A stretch of DNA of 24,000 nucleotides from Clostridium sp. AN503 (lineage in GTDB: Bacteria; Bacillota; Clostridia; Lachnospirales; Lachnospiraceae): NCBI RefSeq assembly GCF_040719375.1, contig NZ_JBFDTP010000001.1:1-24000 (forward strand). Direction: 5' to 3'. The notes beneath the pieces are model-generated. The model was not told the origin of the DNA and did no database searches. It worked only from the letters and a program-made list of their open reading frames with translations. Positions 1 through 7,638 of the stretch are shown piece by piece (position 1 is the stretch's first letter; every line of letters begins with the position of its first letter). Made by a program: the position numbers and the translations under genes.

Positions 1-147
1 CATACTAAAGGTTGTTCTCATTATTTTCTACCTGCAAAATTATAAAAAGAATCATATTCTATTTTTTATATAAATTATAATAATAAGCGACTACAATTCG
101 CCTCTTGTTTCATGATTATCTCTTATACTTATACAAGGAGGGCGCAT

Positions 148-489
148 ATGGACTATACTTTTATATCAGGAAGAATTCTTACATTATTGGAAAAACACAA
201 TGTAACAGAATACGAACTCAGCATGCAGCTCGGACGGTGCCGGAGTTATATCAATAAAATCACGTCCGGCAAGGCGATGCCCTCTATGAAGGGATTTCTT
301 GACATCTGTGATTATTTTCAGATCACGCCGGAGGAATTTTTTAGCAGCCAGAATGTCAATGATATACAGACCATACGGAAAATCACACGGGATCTGAAGG
401 ATTTGGATTCCTCCTCCCTGGATCTGATATCGGAGCTTGTGTCAAAATTGAAAAAACATAGGGATACGGAGGAGGATGCTCGTATATGA
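148..489 (+). CDS. Small XRE-family helix-turn-helix transcriptional regulator (no receiver domain)
   Basis: The ORF track gives 112..489. I prefer the ATG at 148 because AAGGAGG (135-141) lies 6 nt upstream. The N-terminal ~60 aa (ISGRILTLLEKHNVTEYELSMQLGRCRSYINKITSGKAMPSMKGFLDICDYFQITPEEFF) fit the Cro/C1 HTH pattern. The stop overlaps the next gene's start (ATGA at 486-489). Confidence 0.8.
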   Translation: MDYTFISGRILTLLEKHNVTEYELSMQLGRCRSYINKITSGKAMPSMKGFLDICDYFQITPEEFFSSQNVNDIQTIRKITRDLKDLDSSSLDLISELVSKLKKHRDTEEDARI

Positions 490-1787
490 CATGCTTTTTG
501 ATGATTCTGGGATTTTTCATATGTATCTTTGAGGAGCTAATGATCTATTCCGTATGTGATACCTTTTTAGAGAGACGTTTTTGTTTTAAATACCAGGACT
601 TTGTCATAATTGCATTTCTATCCTCCATCCTGTTTCTTGCCAATCAGCTTCATCATCCTCTTTTAAATGTTGCCGTTGCACTTATGACGTCTCTGACGAT
701 CGCATTGCTGCTCTTTACCGGTCTCATCCGAGAACAGCTGTACTGCTGCAGCCTTGCCTGTATGGTGATCTTTTCCACCGAACATGTTGGTTTTCGTCTG
801 CTTGGAGGAGAGTTATCCCGCTATGGCTTTCTTTCAACTATCCTTGCAACTATCATGATTAAGCTCACCTCATTTTTTATCCTTCAGGTGATCTGTCATT
901 ATGCCAAAAATAAAAAGATCCAATTCACTGGATCCAGAATAACCACCTGGTGTTTTTTTCTTTATCCGCTGACCTGTTTTATTCTGCTTATAGGGCTGCG
1001 CTACTCTCATATTAATGTGACACTGCATTCCTTTGGAGAAAAGATCCTGATTGTCGGACTGTTTCTCCTGCTTTTTTCTAATATGCTGCTGTTCTTTTTA
1101 TACGACTATATTATTTCTATAACGGAACAGGTACGGAAACATGAACTCAGTCAGACTAAGGATTCATTAACCCAGCAGCACTTTGCCATTCTTCAGGAGA
1201 CCAACACCAAATACGCATCTCTTTTACATGATGTGAATAACTACATCCAAACCATACAGACCCTGCAGCTTCAGAATGATTCTCTAAAAATAAAGAGTAT
1301 TTCCAATTCCCTGATGAATGAAATATCTGATATCAGCAGTCAAACCTTTTGCAGCTCGCCTGTTATTAATGCAATCCTGCATGAAAAACAACAGTCATCC
1401 CTGCAGAAACAGCTTGATTTTCGTGTCTTCGTGGAGCCATGTTTCCCCACCCCTGATATTCCTGACAACGACTTGATCAGTCTGCTCTGCAATCTGCTTG
1501 ATAATGCTATGGAAGCCGCTATCCAATGTACTGACGGATTTGTTGATGTTAAATTTTTTGTCAATGGGGCGTATCAGATCATAAAAATACAAAATCCCTA
1601 CAAAGATCATCCCAAGCATGACCAGAATCGTTTTTTCACATCAAAGCCAGACACTCAAAACCATGGTTTTGGTATCCGGCGAGTGGAAGCTATTGCAGAA
1701 AAACATCATGGTACACTGAAAATTTCTATGGAAGAGTCTCTGTTTACTGCCGTGGTACTGCTTCCTGTAAAAACAGCTCAGCAATAA
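486..1787 (+). CDS. AgrC-like membrane sensor histidine kinase (HPK10-type, GHKL ATPase)
   Basis: The first ~210 aa contain about 7 hydrophobic helices. The H-box-like LLHDVNNYI, N-box NLLDNAMEA and G-box HGFGIRRVEAIAEKHHG are present. The architecture and its position next to agrD/agrB match AgrC/ComD-type peptide sensors. Confidence 0.8.
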   Translation: MTCFLMILGFFICIFEELMIYSVCDTFLERRFCFKYQDFVIIAFLSSILFLANQLHHPLLNVAVALMTSLTIALLLFTGLIREQLYCCSLACMVIFSTEHVGFRLLGGELSRYGFLSTILATIMIKLTSFFILQVICHYAKNKKIQFTGSRITTWCFFLYPLTCFILLIGLRYSHINVTLHSFGEKILIVGLFLLLFSNMLLFFLYDYIISITEQVRKHELSQTKDSLTQQHFAILQETNTKYASLLHDVNNYIQTIQTLQLQNDSLKIKSISNSLMNEISDISSQTFCSSPVINAILHEKQQSSLQKQLDFRVFVEPCFPTPDIPDNDLISLLCNLLDNAMEAAIQCTDGFVDVKFFVNGAYQIIKIQNPYKDHPKHDQNRFFTSKPDTQNHGFGIRRVEAIAEKHHGTLKISMEESLFTAVVLLPVKTAQQ

Positions 1788-1793
1788 AGTCAT

Positions 1794-1862
1794 TACCAAT
1801 TTTTCTAAAAAACGTACCAATTTTTCTATTTTCAAATCTTGTCTGAGCAAATATGGTAGAAT
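1794..1862 (+). promoter_or_regulatory. Putative activator-dependent promoter of agrD-agrB: two perfect 14-nt direct repeats plus an extended -10
   Basis: TACCAATTTTTCTA occurs at 1794-1807 and again at 1815-1828, a 21-bp period. TGgTAGAAT (TG at 1854-1855, TAGAAT at 1857-1862) lies 32 nt upstream of the agrD ATG. There is no good -35 at 17-bp spacing; TTCAAA at 1831-1836 would give a 20-bp spacer. Confidence 0.45.
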
Positions 1863-1893
1863 ATTATAAAACATAGGATAAGGAGGTTTTTTC

Positions 1894-2061
1894 ATGAAAA
1901 ACTTAAAAAAGATCTGGAATACTTTAAACAGTCATGGTTTTATGTCCGCACTGAACTGTCTTGCGGTCATAGCAGTCATTAACTCCGTAAGCTCCACCTG
2001 CTTCTGGGATTTCTACCAGCCGGAGGTACCGGAATCCGCCCGCAGACTGGCAGAGAAGTAA
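1894..2061 (+). CDS. agrD: Cyclic-lactone autoinducer peptide precursor (AgrD family), 55 aa, absent from the ORF track
   Basis: My translation is MKNLKKIWNTLNSHGFMSALNCLAVIAVINSVSSTCFWDFYQPEVPESARRLAEK. AGGAGG (1881-1886) lies 7 nt upstream of the ATG. A hydrophobic N-terminal helix is followed by Cys-x4 and then the YQPxxP tail typical of clostridial AgrD peptides. The gene sits directly upstream of agrB with a 1-nt gap. Confidence 0.85.
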   Translation: MKNLKKIWNTLNSHGFMSALNCLAVIAVINSVSSTCFWDFYQPEVPESARRLAEK

Positions 2062-2062
2062 G

Positions 2063-2659
2063 ATGCTGAACCGACTCATCAGCCGTTTTATCAACCGGCA
2101 GATCGAGCAGGGCATCTTAAAACAGGAGGAGCGGGAAGCATACGAATATGGATATTTCCTGATTGCGCTGGAGATACTGAATATCTCCGTCATGGCGTTC
2201 ATCGGCATCCTTTTCCGATGCTTCCTGCCTCTCCTGTTTTTTACTGTATGCCTGATCCTGCTCCGCAAATATGCGGGAGGGATCCACGCATCCAGCTATG
2301 TGCGGTGCGCGGCAGTGTCCGCCGTCCTGGAACTGGCTGTGGTGTCCCTCCTGCGCACAGGTCTCTGGCAGCCATTGTTCCTTCCGGCGGCTCTGGCTGC
2401 CATATGCGGGTGCGCGGTCATCTGGAGCTTCAGCCCGGTAGCCGCAGCAGCCAAACCCCTTACCGGGGACGAAACCCTGCGTTTTCGCCGCACGGCCCGC
2501 AGGCGTCTCATTGCAGCCGCTGTACTGGCAGTCCTCCTTTTCGCACTCCGCCTTTATCTGTGGGCTTTTATTATGATGCTGGACTTTATCGTCATTGGAG
2601 GCGCCATGGGTGTGGCTTTGTTCCAGACGCACAGACAGAGACAGGACCAGGGAAGCTGA
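2063..2659 (+). CDS. agrB: Accessory gene regulator B (AgrB) membrane peptidase that processes AgrD
   Basis: The N-terminus MLNRLISRFINRQIEQGILKQEEREAYEYGYFLIALEILN and the motif LRKYAGGIHA are characteristic of the AgrB family. It is a polytopic membrane protein and lies immediately downstream of agrD. Confidence 0.85.
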   Translation: MLNRLISRFINRQIEQGILKQEEREAYEYGYFLIALEILNISVMAFIGILFRCFLPLLFFTVCLILLRKYAGGIHASSYVRCAAVSAVLELAVVSLLRTGLWQPLFLPAALAAICGCAVIWSFSPVAAAAKPLTGDETLRFRRTARRRLIAAAVLAVLLFALRLYLWAFIMMLDFIVIGGAMGVALFQTHRQRQDQGS

Positions 2660-2686
2660 TGTTCCCTGGTCCTTTTCTCTGTTTCT
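2643..2686 (+). terminator. Rho-independent terminator of the agr transcript
   Basis: A perfect 12-bp stem pairs AGGACCAGGGAA (2643-2654) with TTCCCTGGTCCT (2662-2673). The loop is GCTGATG and contains the agrB stop codon. A T-rich tract (TTTCTCTGTTTCT) follows. Confidence 0.7.
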
Positions 2687-2692
2687 ACCCCT

Positions 2693-4210
2693 TTATGCCG
2701 TCTGCACCGCCTCCGTCAGCGCCGCCTCCGTGACAGCATCCCCGTTTTTCCTGCTAAGCTCTTTATTAATCTGTCCGTTCGACATGATGAGAATGCGGTC
2801 GCAGAGCCGTTCCAGCTCATCCATCTCGGAAGATACCAAAAGCACGGCATTTCCGGCGTCTGCAATACTGCGGATCAGCCTTGCGATGGATGCCTTCGCC
2901 TCCACGTCGATCCCTACCGTAGGATCATCCAGCAAAAGGATCCTTGGCTGTATAAGCAGATTTTTTGCGAAAACAACCTTCTGTTGGTTGCCGCCGGAGA
3001 GATATTCCACCTCCTGTTCAATGCTGGTACATTTCAGATCCAGCTTTTCCTTCATCTCCTCAGCCCTGCGCCTGCTCTCCTCCTCACTGATAAATACTCC
3101 CTTTTTGAGCCGGTCCCAGATCGGGAGCAGCATATTGTATTTGATGGAGTGGATTCCCACAATCCCGCTTTTGCGCCGGTTCTCCGGGACAAAAGCCACG
3201 CCCCGTTTAATGGACAGCCAGGGCTTTCCTACCGGGATCTCCTCCCCGTCCAAAAGGATCCGGCCTTTATCCGGTTTGAGAAGGCCGTAGAGGCATTTCA
3301 TCAGCTCCGTCCTTCCACTCCCCAAAAGCCCTGCGATCCCCAGGATCTCGCCCGGATACAGCTCCAGGCTGACCTTCTTCACCTTGTCTCCCCAGGAAAT
3401 ATCCTCCGCCCGGAGCGCCGGTTTTGTGTAATCAACAGGTTTCTCCGGCGCTAAATACGCCTGATTCAGCTTCTTTCCCACCATCGCTTCCACCATCTCG
3501 GTGATCGTAAGCCCATCTGTCTTCCGGTCCATCTCCACCAGGCCGTTGCGCAGTACGATGGCTCTGTCGCATATCTGCATGATCTCCTGCATGTGATGGG
3601 AGATAAAAATGACCGCGATCTTCTGCTCTTTCAGCCTTCTCACAAAAGTAAAGAGCAGCTGGATCTCCTTGTGGGTCAAGGATGCCGTAGGCTCATCCAG
3701 GATCAGGACCGACGGGTTGTGCAGCAGCGCCTTCACGATCTCCACCAGCTGCTGGTTTCCGATCGACAGATTCTCCACCGTCTCCCGCGGATCGATCTCG
3801 ATCCCAAATTCCGCAAAGGCTTCCTCCGCCTTTTTTATACAGCTATTGTCATCGATCAGGCCCGTGCGTTTCAGCTCCCGGTTCAAAAACAGGTTTTCTG
3901 TCACAGTCATGGTCGGAATCAGGGAAAATTCCTGATAAACCATGGCAATCCCGCATTTTGCCGCTTCCGATGCACCGCGGATCGTAACCTCCCTGCCATC
4001 CACCTGGATCTGGCCCTTGTCAAGATGATAGACACCCGTCACAATCTTCATGAGCGTGGATTTTCCGGCTCCGTTAGCCCCTAATAGTCCCAACACCTCG
4101 CCCTTTTCCAGGCTGAAGGAAATCCCCTTTAAAACCTCGTTCTCAAAGAAGGATTTGTGGATATCTGTCAGCCGGAGCGCATACTCCTTCTCTTCTACCA
4201 TTCCGGCCAC
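2693..4210 (-). CDS. Sugar ABC transporter ATP-binding protein (CUT2 type, duplicated ABC domains)
   Basis: There are two Walker A motifs (GANGAGKST, GLLGSGRTE), two signature motifs (LSIGNQQ, LSGGNQQK) and two Walker B motifs (LILDEPT, LLLDDPT). The track start at 4210 is GTG; an alternative ATG lies at 4201. Either start overlaps the upstream gene's stop. Confidence 0.9.
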   Translation of the reverse strand: MAGMVEEKEYALRLTDIHKSFFENEVLKGISFSLEKGEVLGLLGANGAGKSTLMKIVTGVYHLDKGQIQVDGREVTIRGASEAAKCGIAMVYQEFSLIPTMTVTENLFLNRELKRTGLIDDNSCIKKAEEAFAEFGIEIDPRETVENLSIGNQQLVEIVKALLHNPSVLILDEPTASLTHKEIQLLFTFVRRLKEQKIAVIFISHHMQEIMQICDRAIVLRNGLVEMDRKTDGLTITEMVEAMVGKKLNQAYLAPEKPVDYTKPALRAEDISWGDKVKKVSLELYPGEILGIAGLLGSGRTELMKCLYGLLKPDKGRILLDGEEIPVGKPWLSIKRGVAFVPENRRKSGIVGIHSIKYNMLLPIWDRLKKGVFISEEESRRRAEEMKEKLDLKCTSIEQEVEYLSGGNQQKVVFAKNLLIQPRILLLDDPTVGIDVEAKASIARLIRSIADAGNAVLLVSSEMDELERLCDRILIMSNGQINKELSRKNGDAVTEAALTEAVQTA

Positions 4211-5391
4211 CCCACTTCTCTGCCGTCTGTTGTAAAGATCCCCTCTACCTTCGGCTCATTCTTTGAAATACCGCTCACCGGAGCCACATATGCCCTGGTC
4301 ACAAACATCTGGGCGCGGAATCCAAACACCACGGTGTCTCCAACCCTTGTCTGCTGCCCCTTCTCCGGCTGCAGGATACCATAGTAGTCAATGGCCTTTG
4401 GCTCCGGCAGCTCACAGCCGATGCGCTGCCTTAAAGCTTCGTCCGGGTCCGAACCTACACACGCCTTCACCTCATAGGGTTCAAACACCGGATCTACATA
4501 CATACCGCCACCGAAGCAATAAGGCTTCCCGCCATAGTAATGCGAAATCTCAGACACATAGATATAGGCGGGACGTTCCGGCATCTCCCTGTACGCATGG
4601 ATGGGCGTGGTGCCCGTAAGCCCATGCCCCGGCTCCACCTGGGTCACTCCATCCTCCGCAAGGCGCCTGAAAATATGGCTGGAAGTGGTGCCGGGCGCAT
4701 TGACCTCCAGCTTCGGATATCCGTTATGCCGGAGAAGCTCAGCGGTCTTTAACAGGGTTTCATAGTTATGGGTCGGATTGACAGATAATGTCTCCGGGTC
4801 ATAGAGCTGCGCCGGAAACGTGGCAATCCCTGAAAAGCTTAAGCCCTTCATGGAATCAATCCGGTGGGCAGTCTCCAAAATATCCTCATCCAGATACCCC
4901 GCCTCATGCCCATGATAAAAAGAATCCCCGTTCCCATATATCCGTACCATAATATTTTGATGCTCAGAGGGCTTTAAAGCTTTTGATATGGCCGCCGCCT
5001 TCTCATCATTGTATACCATCCAGTAGGCAGGGTTTAGGTCCACCGCCGCCCTGGTCTCTGCAAAGGGGACCTGGACAAGATGGCCCAGATGCCCGATCTT
5101 CATGCCGGCTGCTGCCATGGGCCTGGCGTCATTCATATCCACACAGACCCCGGCCTCGATCCCAGCTCTCATGACCGCCTGGATGGCGACCGGATTCCGC
5201 CCGATCTGCTTTGTCATGGCAAATGCTTTTAAGTTCCATTTCCCGGCTTCCTCTGCCATAAGCTTTGCGTTCTGATAGATCGTGTCAATATCCAGAACAT
5301 AGCAGTTTGCCGGGATCAGCCCTTTCTGATGAAGCAGGATACCCGCCTTGATCAGCTCCGGGTTTCTATTGATCAACTGGTTTAAAAACAT
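4195..5391 (-). CDS. YhfX-like PLP-dependent enzyme (alanine racemase fold, fold-type III)
   Basis: The N-terminus MFLNQLINRNPELIKAGILLHQKGLIPANCYVLDIDTIYQNAKL...AMTKQIGRNP resembles what I recall of E. coli YhfX, including the MTKQxGRNP lysine motif. GGGAGG lies upstream of the ATG. The family assignment rests on memory, not a search. Confidence 0.65.
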   Translation of the reverse strand: MFLNQLINRNPELIKAGILLHQKGLIPANCYVLDIDTIYQNAKLMAEEAGKWNLKAFAMTKQIGRNPVAIQAVMRAGIEAGVCVDMNDARPMAAAGMKIGHLGHLVQVPFAETRAAVDLNPAYWMVYNDEKAAAISKALKPSEHQNIMVRIYGNGDSFYHGHEAGYLDEDILETAHRIDSMKGLSFSGIATFPAQLYDPETLSVNPTHNYETLLKTAELLRHNGYPKLEVNAPGTTSSHIFRRLAEDGVTQVEPGHGLTGTTPIHAYREMPERPAYIYVSEISHYYGGKPYCFGGGMYVDPVFEPYEVKACVGSDPDEALRQRIGCELPEPKAIDYYGILQPEKGQQTRVGDTVVFGFRAQMFVTRAYVAPVSGISKNEPKVEGIFTTDGREVGWPEW

Positions 5392-5414
5392 AGATTTTCC
5401 TCCCTCATCATGAA

Positions 5415-6353
5415 TCAGTCATTTTTCGCTTCCCGCAGGCTCAAGGATACAGCCAGGATGATGATCAGGCCCCGCGCCATCATCTGTTCGGAGACAGACA
5501 ATCCCATCAGCAGCAGCCCGTTGTTCAGCATACCGATCACGATGGAGCCGATGATCGTTCCGATGATCGTCCCCTTGCCGCCGGAAAAGCTGGTCCCGCC
5601 GATCACGACCGCAGCGATCACGGACATGTTGTCATTTTCCCCCAGGGTATATCTGGCCCCATTTAACCGCCCCGCGTACAGGATTCCCGCGAATGCCGCC
5701 GTCAGTGCACAGATCGTCATGGCCTGGATCTTCACCCGGTCCACCTTGATACCGGAATATTTGGCCGCAGATTCATTCCCTCCGACTGCCAGCACGGCTC
5801 TCCCGAAAGGAGTCTTCCGGTACAGCAGATGGCCTAAGATCATGACAACGATCGTCCAAAGAAACAGTGTGGAGATCGGGCCAATATCCCCCGCCCCAAA
5901 TATAAAGTTGAACTTCCTGTTGGTAATGGGTACCGCCTCCAGGTTGGTCATGGTCCTGGCGATGCCTGCAAATACGCTGCTGGTGCCCAGTGTCACAAGG
6001 AACGCCGGGATCCTTACCTTGGCAACGATCAGGCCGTTGAACAGGCCGCTTACCGCGCCCACTGCCATCCCCGCCAGAACTGCCGGGAACCAGCCCGCAA
6101 CCCGGAGGACCAGAGCTGTCGTGAGCGCAGACATGGCTACCACTGCGCCGGTGGACAGATCGATCAGGCCCGCTGATATGGCAAAGGTCATCCCAACAGC
6201 TGCTACGGAGATCATGGTTGTCTGCCTTAAGATATTCATCATATTGGCATAGGACAGAAACCCTTTATCCCGGAGTATGATAGAAAATGCAACCAAAACC
6301 GTTATAAAACTAATGTAAACAATATACTTCTTGTACTCGAATTTCCTCGCCAC
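5415..6353 (-). CDS. Sugar ABC transporter permease (CUT2/RbsC-like)
   Basis: The protein is polytopic and hydrophobic, with a Gly/Ala-rich RbsC-like composition. It has a GTG start preceded by GAGGGG. It lies between the binding-protein and ATPase genes. Confidence 0.85.
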   Translation of the reverse strand: MARKFEYKKYIVYISFITVLVAFSIILRDKGFLSYANMMNILRQTTMISVAAVGMTFAISAGLIDLSTGAVVAMSALTTALVLRVAGWFPAVLAGMAVGAVSGLFNGLIVAKVRIPAFLVTLGTSSVFAGIARTMTNLEAVPITNRKFNFIFGAGDIGPISTLFLWTIVVMILGHLLYRKTPFGRAVLAVGGNESAAKYSGIKVDRVKIQAMTICALTAAFAGILYAGRLNGARYTLGENDNMSVIAAVVIGGTSFSGGKGTIIGTIIGSIVIGMLNNGLLLMGLSVSEQMMARGLIIILAVSLSLREAKND

Positions 6354-6395
6354 GATTCTGCACCCCTCATTTCCATTCCAGTCTGCTTTCCCAGT

Positions 6396-7610
6396 CTACT
6401 TTCCAAGCACTTCCATCACGCTGGAATCCGGGTCTTTGTTCAGTGACTCATTCCAGGCTTCCACCATATTATCCTTTTTCATAGATACCGTACCGCTGAC
6501 CACATAAGAAGGGACTTCCTCTTCCAGAATGCTGAGAGCCGCCATCTTCGCCATGGTCTGACCGATCTGGAACGGCATATCCGCCACCTTGCCGTACACA
6601 TTGCCGCCCTGGGCCATGTCCAGATCGTTATTGCCGCCTAAATCCATTGTAACCACTTTACAGTCCTTATAACCACCGGCCCTCAGCTCCGAGACCACCG
6701 GCTCCGCCGCCACGTCCCAGGACACATAGATCCCGTTCAGATCCGGATTCTGGGTCATCATCGCCGTCGCTACTTCCCCAGTGGCATTTTCAGCGGAAAA
6801 TCCCGACATGGCCACGATCTCAATATCCGGGTAATCGCTCAGGATCGTCCTGACAAATTCATTGTCCCGGTTGTTGGTCACCAAATAATCCACGTCGTAA
6901 TAGATCACTCCGATCTTCCCTTTACTGCCAATCGCTTCCGCCATCAGCTTTGCGGCTGCACGGCCCATCCCGTACTGGTCACCGGTCACGATTCCCACAT
7001 ACTCCTGTCCAGCTTTATATTCATCCACACCGTTGTCTGCGAAAATGATCCTGCATCCCGCGTCGACTGCCGGCTTAAATGCCCTTGTCCCAGACACCGG
7101 GTCCACCGGAAGCGAGAGAAGGATATCCGGTTTCAGCGCCATGGTCGTCTCGATATCCGTCGCCTGCTTTGACGGGTCAAACTGGGCGTCCGATGTTGCC
7201 ACCACCTCGATCCCCATTTTTTCAAATTCCGCTTTGGCCCCGTCCGTCATGGCATTGTACCACTCGCTGGCTCCCGCCCACAGCATGGCTGCCTTCAGCC
7301 CTTTTTCCTGGATCGCTTTGTACTGTTCCTCTGTCAGCTCCACATCCGTTGTGGGAGTCGCTTCCTCTCCGTTGGGGCCTTTGGCGTACTCGCCTTCCTC
7401 ATTTCCATATCCAGGGATCACAGAAAGCCATTTGCTTTCCTCCGCGCCGCCCTCTTTTGCCGGGGTCTCCGGCGTCTGGGCCTGACTTTCTGTACCTGCT
7501 GCATTCCCCCCGGATACAGTGGTCTCAGATGGTCCGTTATCCGGCGCACATCCCCAGATCCCCGCGCTTGCCAGCACTACTGCCAAAAACACACTCATTT
7601 TTTTCCTCAT
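6396..7610 (-). CDS. Sugar ABC transporter substrate-binding lipoprotein (PBP type I, RbsB-like)
   Basis: A signal peptide ends in the lipobox-like AGIWGC. A ~90-aa low-complexity Gly/Glu/Thr/Pro linker follows. The remainder is a periplasmic-binding-protein-like domain (KAAMLWAGASEWYNAM...IIFADNG...). Confidence 0.85.
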   Translation of the reverse strand: MRKKMSVFLAVVLASAGIWGCAPDNGPSETTVSGGNAAGTESQAQTPETPAKEGGAEESKWLSVIPGYGNEEGEYAKGPNGEEATPTTDVELTEEQYKAIQEKGLKAAMLWAGASEWYNAMTDGAKAEFEKMGIEVVATSDAQFDPSKQATDIETTMALKPDILLSLPVDPVSGTRAFKPAVDAGCRIIFADNGVDEYKAGQEYVGIVTGDQYGMGRAAAKLMAEAIGSKGKIGVIYYDVDYLVTNNRDNEFVRTILSDYPDIEIVAMSGFSAENATGEVATAMMTQNPDLNGIYVSWDVAAEPVVSELRAGGYKDCKVVTMDLGGNNDLDMAQGGNVYGKVADMPFQIGQTMAKMAALSILEEEVPSYVVSGTVSMKKDNMVEAWNESLNKDPDSSVMEVLGK

Positions 7611-7638
7611 AATAACGAAATCCTCCTTCTTTTCTCCT

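Noticed and set aside
18-61. Weak matches to the agrD-promoter direct repeat upstream of the XRE gene (cattattttcta at 19-30, atcatattcta at 51-61)
   Set aside because: My alignment of the 19-30 site gave only about 8 of 12 positions matching. The spacing is about 30 bp rather than 21, in very AT-rich DNA where such matches arise by chance.
112-147. ORF-track 5' extensions: XRE at 112, GPH transporter at 11628, GH3 at 14771 and rSAM at 20160
   Set aside because: In each case a downstream ATG has a much better GGAGG-type RBS at proper spacing (148, 11583, 14726 and 20097). The extension adds non-conserved residues or overlaps the upstream gene.
1641-2268. Minus-strand ORFs 1641-1895 (84 aa) and 1924-2268 (114 aa) across the kinase/agrD/agrB region
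   Set aside because: They are antisense to the kinase 3' end, the agrD promoter, and agrD/agrB, all of which have strong family signatures. The two ORFs have no RBS or recognisable motifs.
5410-6252. 280-aa plus-strand ORF, together with similar long ORFs at 2117-2632(-), 2218-2733(+), 2595-3290(+), 7033-7612(+), 10137-10954(+), 12321-12959(+) and 15031-16330(+)
   Set aside because: All lie antisense to, or out of frame with, well-supported genes in GC-rich DNA. Their products are Pro/Arg/Ser/Ala-rich low-complexity strings with no recognisable motifs or RBS. They are typical shadow ORFs of high-GC coding regions.
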